A stretch of 62,882 nt of DNA, counting the filler, from Octopus bimaculoides (taxonomy: Eukaryota): NCBI RefSeq assembly GCF_001194135.2. It is 7 parts of 6 records of this genome, joined end to end, with 100 filler letters (N's around TTAATTAATTAA, not from the genome) between each part and the next. Parts side by side here need not be neighbours in the genome. Positions count along the whole stretch, not along the records: positions 44,867 to 53,563 come from NC_068987.1; positions 53,664 to 58,231 come from NC_068982.1; positions 58,332 to 60,953 come from NW_026419290.1; positions 61,054 to 62,882 come from NW_026413539.1; 3 more parts are not named here. One strand, given 5' to 3'. Below, in pieces: positions 52,690 to 62,882 of the stretch (positions are counted from its first letter, which is position 1; every line of letters begins with the position of its first letter). The notes under the pieces were generated by a model. It was not told the origin of the DNA, made no database searches, and saw only the letters and a list, made by a program, of their open reading frames with translations. Position numbers and translations under genes: made by a program.

Positions 52690-52690
52690 C
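52345..52690 (-). mobile_element. RTE-tailed SINE-like repeat, opposite orientation, with (CA)n
   Basis: ATTTTCTACAGCTGGATGCCCTTCC; (CAT)n at the left end; (CA)n at 52610-52688. Confidence 0.65.
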
Positions 52691-52879
52691 TATATAATAT
52701 GAAAAATTTAATGCAAACATCAGGGTCAAAATACAAGGTCACATTGTGCTCAAGTGTGAAAAGAAGATAAGAGATAATATTATTGATTATTGTGTACAAA
52801 AAGTGCAGGTCAAATTATATCGAAGGTCACATATACGTGACAAAGATTGTATGTGCTTGCATTTAAAATACTTTCAAGA

Positions 52880-53563
52880 TATTTGTGAGAGCTGTGCAAG
52901 CCATGTACAGAGACGCTGTCAGTAAGGTGAGGGTTGGCAACGAGTACAGTGAAGAATTCCGGGTAGAGGTAGGAGTCCACCAAGATTCAGTCCTCAGCCC
53001 CCTCCTATTTATCATAGTCCTCCAGGCGATAACAGAGGAATTCAAGACAGGATGCCCTTGGGAGCTCCTCTATGCTGATGACCTTGCACTAATTGCTGAG
53101 TCACTATCAGAACTAGAGGAGAAGTTTCAGGTGTGGAAGCAAGGACTAGAATCGAAAGGGCTTAGAGTCAACCTAGCTAAAACCAAAGTCCTAATAAGTA
53201 GGAAAGTAGACAAAACACAAACCCCTTCAGGTAGATGGCCCTGTTCAATCTATAGAAAAGGAGTAGGTAGAAACTATATAAGATGTACCCAGTGCAAGCT
53301 ATGGACACATAAGAGGTGCAGCAATATCAAAGGAAGGTTAACTAGGAAGTTAGTTTTTGTATGTGGCAGATGTTCAGGAGCAATAAACACTGAAAATGTG
53401 CAGAAAACGACTTTGGCCACATTCCAGGGAGAAAAACTAGACTTAGTTGATAGCTTCCGCTATCTATGTGACCAAGTGAGTAGTGGGGGTGGGTGCACTG
53501 AAAGTGTAGCTGCTAGAATAAGAATAGCCTGGGCAAAGTTCAGAGAGCTCTTACCTCTGCTGG
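52880..53563 (+). mobile_element. RTE LINE RT fragment with an embedded PHD-type zinc finger
   Basis: Open frame with GVHQDSVLSPLLF, LLYADDL, VNLAKTKV and FRYL; Cys/His insert at 53242-53373; ends at a scaffold join. Confidence 0.9.
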
Positions 53564-55042
53564 NNNNNNNNNNNNNNNNNNNNNNNNNNNNNNNNNNNNN
53601 NNNNNNNTTAATTAATTAANNNNNNNNNNNNNNNNNNNNNNNNNNNNNNNNNNNNNNNNNNNNGGCTGTTATGTTTCCCTCGGACTGACTCGCAGAGATA
53701 ACATAACGAGTTATACAATTTAATTATTACATTTATTGTTCAATTACATACAAAGAACGCACTCACCCAATGTTCGTTATGAATAAAGAAAAGTCATGTC
53801 CGCCATATATATATCAATGACCTTTTACTACGACAGTCCCACAAGACAACAACAATGAAACAATGAACTCAGACGAACCACATGACACACGGAACGTCAG
53901 ACGAATTACATATCTAACAGTCCATATAACACTGGCCTTGTGCCAATATTTGAAACAGTGCACAGACTCACAGACATATGGCTTTCTATACAGTTACATT
54001 CAATATGGATTTTATCGTAGCAATTTATCATAGCCACGCATTTTACGCAGAATGTGTCATGTGCAACCTGTCATCTTCCATTTTTAAAGTATTAGGGTTC
54101 TTTAGACATATGACGTCATCTAAAGACCCTACTGCGTGATAGGAACTGTTTTTCTTGCCGAATTTAGCTGCGTTTTTCAAGCAGAGGACAAGTAGTTTTT
54201 ACTTATAAATAGAAGTATTTGTGCGAACTTAGCAGTCGCTGCCGATCTCTTATAAGGAACTCTGTCAGTTCATAATCATACAAGAATTTGAAGCATTCTT
54301 TGTACGGTATTATATCTTCAGATTATCAATAACAACTTTTTAACTCTATAGTCGGATACATTTTTTATTGCAACTCGCCAAAATATATCACTATATGTTG
54401 TCTCTCTCTCTCTCTCTCTCTCTTCCTATCTCCCTCCTTTCTCCCCCATCTTCCCCCCTCTCTCTTCCGTCTATCTTCCTCCTCGCTTACATACAAAATC
54501 GTAACATTTTTTTTTGTCTATCCTGTCATTCACATTCTCTCTTGCTGGAAAATGTGTACGTTTTATTACAGTTAAGCGTTTCGACTGAATTTTATATAAA
54601 CTTAGTTCCCTACTAAACATTTAATTATCTAAACCAAATTGCTCTTTTATTGAAAAGATTCGTCTTTATTGTTCTGCATCTTTGTGTTATCCAATTTATT
54701 TTATCTGAAGTTATTTATACGAGTTACGACACGACACACACTCTTTGTATCGGATCTGCCTTGTGTTGTCAATCACCATCTTGATTTCTTACTTATTACA
54801 GCCATAGTTAATACAATTATTCCTAAGTATAACAATAACTTTTTACCCATAACACACAAATTAAATTAAAACCACTTTTCTTCTTCAACTTAGTATTTTT
54901 TTCAACAACTACCAGCAAATATCAAAGGATACTAGAATCAACATAATTTGGCTGACGCTGGATTAAACTTATAATTTGGAGAAATGTTTTTACTGGTATG
55001 TCTGTAGAAAGTAGCGTGAAAAATATTTAGGCAATCTTTATA

Positions 55043-56348
55043 CAGGGTGGGGCATAAAGAACTCCCACATTTGGAGGAGGCACCGTGTGGATTTAAGTGG
55101 GAGAGGCGGGACAGGTTTCATTAGGAAGGCTAAGAGCTACCAGTTACGTATTCCTCATTAATTACTCAAAAACTGCTTTCTTTTTTTTTTTAGAACCAGT
55201 CATGAATTGGACCAGGGAACATCGTGACTTTGTTCAAGCGTATTATGAAAACGACCGATATGTAATAGCGACGCGGCGAGCATTCCGTAGACACTTTGCA
55301 CTCTGTTGAAATGCATCTGTACCAGAGTGGAAAACGATTTTGCTTTGGATTTCTAACCTTCATGCAATTGGATCCATATTGAAAAGAAAATCTCGTGGCA
55401 GACCTAGGGCGGTTAGAACTCCAGAAAATGTGGCATCAGTGACAGCATCTGTTCAGCAATTGCCAAAGCGTTCTGCTTGTAAGCATAGCATAGCCGAAAT
55501 TTGAGGAGGATTCTGCATGCTGATTTGAAACTGCATCCTGACAAAGTGATGTTAGTTCAAAAATTTAACGAGACAGATCCTAACAATCGTAAAGCCTACG
55601 TGCAGATGTTTTTGCACAAGTTCCCGCTGCAGGTGTTCTTCTGAGTACCGATGAAGCTCACTTCCATATCAATGGAAACGTGACGAAGAATTTTCGCTAC
55701 TGGGCTAAACATAATCCTCATGAACTCCACGAAAGACCGCTTCGTTCTCCTCGTGTAACTGTTTGGTGTGCAGTTTCCGATTTTGGAGTCACTGGCCCGT
55801 ACTTTTTTTTGAAGAAGGTGATGAAACAGTAGCGGTTACCTCTGGCCGGTACATTGAAATTCTGGAGAACTTTTTTGCGCCCTAAACTGGGTGGGTTGGA
55901 TACCGAACGTCTATGGTTTCAACAGGACGGAGCCACAGCTCACACAACACGACGTTCGCTTGGAGTGTCAAGGGAAATGTTTCCTGGGCATTTGATTTCT
56001 TTGTAGGGAGACGTGGAGTGGCCGGCAAGGTCACCAGATTTTAGCACTTGTGACTTTTTCCTTTGGGGATACCTAAAGGAAAAGGTTTTCCGACATCGTC
56101 CTCGAACTCTTGAGGATTTGAAAGAAAGGATTCGTAAGGAAATCAATGCAATACCACCTGAGATTACAAGGAGAGTCATGGAGAAGTTCCAGGAATGACT
56201 GCATCAATGTATTGCCAACAACGGCCGCCATTTGCTCAATATAGTTTTTAAAACCCAGTAAAATAAACTGTTTTTTATGTACTTTTTTATGGTTGTGTTC
56301 TCTTCTTATATTCATTCACAATGTGAGAGATCTTTATATCCTACCCTG
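55043..56348 (+). mobile_element. Full-length but dead Tc1/mariner DD41D (rosa-type) transposon
   Basis: TA-flanked ~27-bp TIRs (CAGGGTGGGGCATAAAGAACTCCCACA / CAGGGTAGGATATAAAGATCTCTCACA). Transposase ~55202-56261 has TDEAHFHING, WFQQDGATAHT and WPARSPDFSTCDFFLWG, with 41 residues between D2 and D3; several stops and frameshifts. Confidence 0.9.
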
Positions 56349-56490
56349 TATTTCCAGAAGTATAAACAGTGACCTGCAAAAACGCTATATAGCAATGCAA
56401 GATAACTATGTCGCAGTAAATAAGAAATAGCTTTGTGACTGAATAGTGTGGTTGAATTTTTTCTATTCTAAAAGGAACTTGAATATCGTA

Positions 56491-56536
<46 letters not shown>

Positions 56537-56538
<2 letters not shown>

Positions 56539-56739
56539 AGGTGATTCAAAAATCGCCATACATGGGAACAATTTATTTTTTAATAAGAAACAGTTTTCTT
56601 TTTATTTAACAGGCTCTATATGGTTACCATTGTTTTGCATACACATTGCAATACATTTAACCCACTCATTGTGAACTCGTAATAGTACATTTGGTGATAC
56701 CTGTTGTTGTTGATACATGGAGACTTTTGAATCACTCTG
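56537..56739 (-). mobile_element. Internally deleted Tc1/rosa-like MITE
   Basis: TIRs CAAGGTGATTCAAAAATCGCCAT / CAGAGTGATTCAAAAGTCTCCAT; minus strand retains a transposase-like C-terminus VSPNVLLRVHNEWVKCIAMCMQNNGNHIE; target duplication not recoverable. Confidence 0.65.
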
Positions 56740-57544
56740 GGATTTTAAATAATTTTCTAGAAAATGTAAACTTTAATAATAGCTTTCTTTTATTAAAAGT
56801 TATATACGCCAAACTAATTAATAAGTTGCTTTCTTTATTACGGCATATAAATACAGAAGACAGAAATGCTAGAAGTTATATACAGACAACTCCATAATAT
56901 TCCTAAATACACAAAGAAGACATAGTAAAGAAAGCAAAACGCTGCACAAACATACTCAACGCAAGTATAGATACCACGGTTTATCCAGCAGATATACAAA
57001 AAATACATTAGATTTACAAAGGATTATGGATTTTAGAGTCACCGTGGGTTATGTCAGCTCTGCCGGAATCCACAATCTTCTCACAATAAACTAAAGACCA
57101 TACAAAATAGTGTACTAATCATCATCGCAAATCATTTACCAAACAAAGCAAAAACGCTAAAATATGAAAAACCATCGGGCTTTTTTAAGGGAGAGGCGAG
57201 TCATATAGTTAGAGATCCCCTTTCCTCGGTTCTCTGAACCAATGTACTGGGTGACCATCTCTTATAGGCTCTAATCTTTATTATAACATATATTACTTCT
57301 AGTAAAGGCACAGTTCCACAAAATTTGGAGAAGCAGTATAATTGATAGGATCGACCCTGATATTTTACAGGTATTTATTTAATGAACATTAGAGATATGA
57401 AAAAGAACAACGACTTTTTGGCACGTTTCAAAGTCGACTTTTTGGCAATTTCATCTCCACCGTCCAATATGCTATAGTCATTCAAATTATTTCACACATT
57501 CAATTATAAAATGTTTTTCTTTTTGTTTTTGTTTCTTTTTCTTC

Positions 57545-57950
57545 TTTTACCTGTTTCAGTTATTTGACTGCAGCCATGTTGGAGCACCGCCTTGAAGTGT
57601 TTTTGTCGAACAAATCGACCTCAGGACTTATTTTTAAAGTCTAGTACTTATTCTATCGATCTCTTTGCCGAACCGCTATGTTACGCAGACATAAACACAC
57701 CAACACCGATTGTCAAGCGATGATGGTGGGGGACAAACACAGACACACGCACACACAGACACATACACACACACGCACACACGCATACAGACACGCATAT
57801 ATACGACGGGCTTCTTTCAGTTTCTCTCTACCACATCCATTCACAAGGCTTTTGGTCGGCTCGAGGCTATGGTAAAAGACACTTTCACAAGATTCCACGC
57901 AGCGGGACTGAACCAGGAACCATGTGGTTGGGAAGCAAGCTTCTAACCAC
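57545..57950 (-). mobile_element. Family B SINE, near complete
   Basis: Reverse complement of the 19292-19710 element, including the internal SSR. Confidence 0.85.
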
Positions 57951-58331
57951 ACAATTGTCATGCCATATAATATATATATATATGTAAATATATAAAAATA
58001 AAAAGATAAAGAGAGCAAAGGTAAGGTTGAAGAATTTTATGGATAGAGTCTTACAGCTGTTTCTGGGAAGATCCAGTACTTCCCTTCATCGGAGACAGAA
58101 AAAATAAAGTAATCTATTATTATATCCATAGGCGGATATTTTTAGTATGAAGTGGTAAAGAGTGTGATGTGCTGAAAAAAGAGAGAACAGTACTTGAAGT
58201 GTATTTTCATTCCAGTGGTAAATATCCGTGTNNNNNNNNNNNNNNNNNNNNNNNNNNNNNNNNNNNNNNNNNNNNTTAATTAATTAANNNNNNNNNNNNN
58301 NNNNNNNNNNNNNNNNNNNNNNNNNNNNNNN

Positions 58332-58520
58332 GGAGAAATATCTAGCCAAGGATAAACCCCTGTACCTGGCCTTCGTTGACACTGAGAAAGCCTTTGACAG
58401 GGCCCCCGATCCCTTATCTGGTGGTCAATGAGGAAACTTGGGATAGAAGAATGGTTAGTGAGAGCTGTGCGAGCCATGTACAGAGATGCTGTCAGTAAGG
58501 TGAAGGTTGGAAATGACCCC
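58332..58520 (+). mobile_element. RTE LINE RT N-terminal fragment
   Basis: EKYLAKDKPLYLAFVDTEKAFDR..SMRKLGIEEWLVRAVRAMYRDAVSKVKVGN. Confidence 0.88.
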
Positions 58521-58693
58521 CTCTCTCTCTACCTCACTGTCTCTTTCTCTAAAGATATTCTAGGACATAAAGAAGTCAGGCAATGGCTCTAATCGAAATT
58601 GAGTTGGTAACCATCATACATGTACATATGTGAACATCTGTGTGCATACACACATGTATAAACATATATAAAAAGAAACAAATATTTACAAAC

Positions 58694-58954
58694 CTGCTTT
58701 TAACTTCACATATGAAATATTATTTGTTGACACAATTTCAAGATTTTCATAATATTCAAACAATTCATTCATGTTCTTCACACCATATTTGTTTTTTGGT
58801 CCAATCCCTTTTATGTTATGGTTAATAAAATCCCAAAAATGAGATTTTTCTATACCTTGTGGATGTTGTTTTAAGAGGTTTACAATCTCTTGCTTCAGCC
58901 ACATCCTTCTCTTCCCTTTAAGGGATGATGGTGGATCTTCCATTTCTAATGGTA
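58694..58954 (-). CDS. Exon encoding a LOTUS/OST-HTH-like winged-helix domain; likely first coding exon (ATG at 58943)
   Basis: Acceptor TTTTTTCAG| and donor AG|GTTTGT; 261 nt open. MEDPP..WLKQEIVNLLKQHPQGIEKSHFWDFINHNIKGIGPKNKYGVKNMNELFEYYENLEIV fits the LOTUS pattern (L..LL...P.G...YG...l.ell). ATG context agaaATGg. Confidence 0.72.
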
Positions 58955-59049
58955 CTGAAAAAATTAACAAGAAATTTAAAATTAAAATTTGGAAGATATA
59001 TTGTTCAGTGAAAGAGGCAAAAAAATATTAGTTTAAATTAATATGCAAG

Positions 59050-59470
59050 CATCAAGTGCTGATCTCTAATTGTGGGAGGGACATGTGGAAGAGGTAAACC
59101 CAGGAAGATGTGGGATGAAGTGGTGAGAAAGGATCTTCAGACATTGGGCCTCACAGAGGGGATGACAAGGGACCAAGACTTCTAGTGATTTGCTATGCAT
59201 ATCAAGCTAAGTAAAATCATAGTTGTCCTTGCATACAGGGGTGGCCCCTACATCCCTCTTCAGCTGAGTAATCCTAACTTCACAGGATTGTAGGTGCTGG
59301 TGCCATGTATAAAGCACTTGTGCCAGTGCTGCATAAATGCAAACAGTACACTTTGTAAAGTGGTTGGCATTAGGAAGGGCCTCCAGTCATAGAAGCCTTG
59401 CTATAACAGACAATTGGAGCCTGGGCAGCTCTTCAGCTGGCCAGTTCCTGTCAAACCATCCGACCTATTC
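59050..59470 (+). mobile_element. RTE LINE 3' end (C-terminus plus 3' UTR), antisense to the LOTUS gene
   Basis: LIVGGTCGRGKPRKMWDEVVRKDLQTLGLTEGMT, followed by the tail motif. Confidence 0.8.
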
Positions 59471-61053
59471 ACAAAGTTTATCCCATATTTTCTTTTTTTT
59501 TTTTTGATTGCTGTGAACAGAAGCCCTCAACCTAGTTCAATGCACTCAAGCACTATAACTCCAGTTGTGTTGAAAGTCATACACTCATGTAGATGAATGT
59601 TTTAACTCAATGGGGGTAGGTCAGATAATTGTCACAAAATGTAAAAGTGAAAATTTTATCATTAATTTTCATTTAGAAAAGAACATAATTTCTTCAACAT
59701 TTTCATACAATAAGAAAGAAAAATTTCTTATGGTATGAAAATTCATCATGGTCATTACTGATTTAGGCCACTGTGTAGCAAAAAAGTGCAAAGTGGAAAA
59801 AGAGGGTGGTATACTGATAGATTCCCATGCGGTGAGAGGTCATGTGGAAGACAAATTCAAGGTTTGAAATATTGATTTTGATCTAGAATTTCAAGAAATG
59901 GATAAATTGGTAAGTAAACATATTTCTATAAGCATCTGCACTAAATTGACTTAAATAAGGCTTCTAAATTAGCATGTTTAATCACCCTATTGATAACGTT
60001 GTTTATTCCCTTTCTCTGTGTTGCCAAGCGATGTATGAATTTTACCTCATGCATATTCTTGTACAAGTGAACTTTGTTTTTCTTAGAGAAACATTGGTCT
60101 GTTTTTGTCAATGACTATCATTTTGCAATGAATATTATTTTGTAGGCTATTAAAGTTCAATGTGATGCTTTGTTTTTTTTTAATTTTTTCCCTCTGATTT
60201 TGAATACAGTAGGATATTTTGTCATAATGTTTACATTTTCACAAGTGCTGATTCATTTTGGGTTTTTTTCTCTCTCTCTCTCCTACTAAAGAGTTTGATG
60301 TAACTTACAGGTGTTTTTAATGTTAAAGCAATAATCAAGCATACCTACACATTTGTGCCCCACCAATTTTGTTTCCTCTTAACTTCCAGAAAAACAGATA
60401 TTTTCTTTATGAAATTTTCTACAAATATGCTTTACATAGTGTAGATTCCTATCATAACAGAATTTGTTGTAAAATAAATTTCCCATGGATGGAGAGAAGA
60501 GTTTCATAAAATTAACACAACTCAGCTTTATTCCTTTATAACTTTCAGAAAAATGGGTAATTTTCTATGAAATTTTCTACAAATACCTTTCAGATGGTGA
60601 ACATTACAATTATGTCACAATTTAAAAAAATTTTGGGGTTGCATACATACATACTGACACACAAGTAATTTCAAGTTTCATTTTGTGACATATATCAGTA
60701 TGTATGTATGTATGCAAGCCCACCAATTTTTCTATTTTTTTTTTCCATATAAATTCTGATACAATAATGATTTACAGCATCTAAAAGGTATTTATAGAAA
60801 ACTTCATTAAAAAAATATGAATCAGCATTTGTAAAATTGTAAACATTATGACAAAATATATGACTGTATTCAAAAATGGGATAAAAAAAACCAAAGCCTA
60901 CAATATAATATTCACTGCACAATACAATTTTTATGTATATACGTATATATGTGNNNNNNNNNNNNNNNNNNNNNNNNNNNNNNNNNNNNNNNNNNNNTTA
61001 ATTAATTAANNNNNNNNNNNNNNNNNNNNNNNNNNNNNNNNNNNNNNNNNNNN

Positions 61054-61913
61054 AGATACATAGAAATAAACAGAAAATCAACATACCAAACGAATACCTC
61101 GTGTATTCATCATAGCATATAGAAGATTGTTTATCCCTATAATACTGCAATAGCTACGAAATCATGATCTATAATTTAGTCTGTTTTTCAGGGGCTAGCT
61201 TTGAGAGTTGCATTTCCTCGCGTTCGGTAAAAATGTGTTTATTATGGTAGTTTGACCTTAGAGTCCCTCTTAGCGTGAGGCATTCATGTATAGCAATGCC
61301 CTTATATAAATAAATATATTTTGGGGAATAAATGATGGATTTTTCCCTTATGAGGTTTTTTTCACGCTAGCTACTTGATAAATTCTTATAAAAGAATTCA
61401 TCGTATTATTAATTAATTAAATAAATAACCAGAATATATTCAGTGCTGAATTTATTCTGAAAAAAATACATGTACCGAGATGCAATTCGAAAAACCCGCC
61501 ACTTACATAGGTATATAGGGATAAACAATTTTCTATATGCTATGATGAATACACGAGGTGTTCGTTTGGTATGTTGATTTTCTGTTTATTTCTATGTATC
61601 TTGACCATATTATACTGACGAGTAGAAGTTGCATAATACTGCAATAACTACGAAATCATGATCTATAATTTAGTCTGCTTTTAAGGGGCTAGCTTTGAGA
61701 GTTCGAATTTCCTCGAGTTCGGTAAAAATGTGTTTATTATGGTAGTTTGACCTTAGAGTCCCTCTTAGCGTGAGGCATTCATGTATAGTAATGCCCTTAT
61801 ATAAATAAATATATTTTAGGGAATAAATGATGGATTTTTCCCTTATGAGGTCTTTTTGACGCTAGCTACTTGATAAATTCTTATAAAAGAATTCATCCTA
61901 TTATTAATTAATT
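61054..61913 (+). repeat. 494-nt-period partial tandem repeat with an 87-bp inverted copy (retrozyme/PLE-like element)
   Basis: Direct repeats ~61138-61418 and ~61633-61913 (about a dozen differences); 61054-61140 is the reverse complement of 61515-61601 with 2 mismatches. Confidence 0.85.
61603..61675 (+). ncRNA. Type I hammerhead ribozyme
   Basis: Stem I ATTATA/TATAAT; CUGACGA 61615-61621; stem II GTAG/CTAC plus GTTGCA/TGCAAT; GAAA 61652-61655; palindromic stem III ATCATGAT; AUC cleavage triplet ending at 61663. Confidence 0.85.
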
Positions 61914-61969
61914 GGTGCTCCAGCATGGCCGCAGTCAAATGACAGAAACAAGTAAAAGAGTAAAGAGTA
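61914..61969 (+). mobile_element. 5'-truncated family B SINE tail
   Basis: GGTGCTCCAGCATGGCCGCAGTCAAATGACAGAAACAAGTAAAAGAGT. Confidence 0.85.
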
Positions 61970-62195
61970 NNNNNNNNNNNNNNNNNNNNNNNNNNNNNNN
62001 NNNNNNNNNNNNNNNNNNNNNNNNNNNNNNNNNNNNNNNNNNNNNNNNNNNNNNNNNNNNNNNNNNNNNNNNNNNNNNNNNNNNNNNNNNNNNNNNNNNN
62101 NNNNNNNNNNNNNNNNNNNNNNNNNNNNNNNNNNNNNNNNNNNNNNNNNNNNNNNNNNNNNNNNNNNNNNNNNNNNNNNNNNNNNNNNNNNNNNN

Positions 62196-62228
<33 letters not shown>

Positions 62229-62300
62229 TATATGTATTATAGATATATTTATATACATACATATTATATATACACATACATATATATTATATATATATAC

Positions 62301-62343
<43 letters not shown>

Positions 62344-62360
62344 GTATAAAATATTTTTAT

Positions 62361-62720
62361 ACACAGAGAAGAGACCTTCGACAGGACTCCTTACATGCTA
62401 GAAGGGGCAGTTAAAACCCAACTCAAGAAAAAAGAATTCATGAGTCACGCTGATATAACACCAGAACAAACAAAAAACAAATTAGTTAATCCCGAACTCG
62501 AGTTTCTCTGTTAATTGCCAAATAAACTAGTTTGGAATCTGTAGATCGTCATCGAGATCGCTAATTAATGAATAATTATGCAGTTGCAAATACGTCCCGA
62601 AAACACGTGCACAAAACAGCGTAAACATATAGTCCAGCAGTAAATAAACAAATTTAAAACTGTGTTCTATATGCCCTTTCTAGCATGTAAGGAGCCCTGT
62701 CAAAGGTCTCCTCTCTGTGT
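62361..62720. mobile_element. MITE with ~50-bp near-perfect TIRs, CAC..GTG termini, TA-flanked
   Basis: CACAGAGAAGAGACCTTCGACAGGACTCCTTACATGCTAGAAGGGGCA versus its reverse complement at 62672-62720, 4 mismatches. Confidence 0.8.
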
Positions 62721-62838
62721 ATAAAGACTTTTTATTCACTTTATATTTTTTTAAATATGCTGTCTTATGATTTTCAATTATACATGCTAACCACTGGTAA
62801 TAAGTTATCTTAATTTATTACCCTCATATTTATGATTG

Positions 62839-62882
<44 letters not shown>

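Overview
Repeat-dominated, AT-rich eukaryotic DNA. The SINE/LINE families and dense microsatellites look like an octopus (cephalopod) assembly; this is inferred from remembered repeat families, not from a search. The window is seven sequence blocks joined by six artificial 100-bp spacers (44 N + TTAATTAATTAA + 44 N), with many further N-gaps at microsatellites. Only two host coding features are well supported. One is a complete intronless GNAT acetyltransferase of the NAT8/NAT8L/Camello family (15538-16227, minus). The other is an isolated minus-strand exon encoding a LOTUS/OST-HTH-like domain (58694-58954). The rest is mostly decayed mobile DNA: RTE, Tx1/L1, R4/Dong, CR1-like and Penelope retroelements, a Gypsy integrase plus LTR, hAT, mariner and DD41D (rosa-type) transposons, several MITEs and at least three tRNA-derived SINE families. 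The most notable unexplained structure is a 494-nt, apparently non-coding repeat unit at 61054-61913. It carries an intact type I hammerhead ribozyme and lies in a partial-tandem plus inverted arrangement, like a retrozyme or non-autonomous Penelope-type element. No CRISPR array, rRNA or true tRNA gene was seen. Repeat boundaries are approximate and were read by eye.
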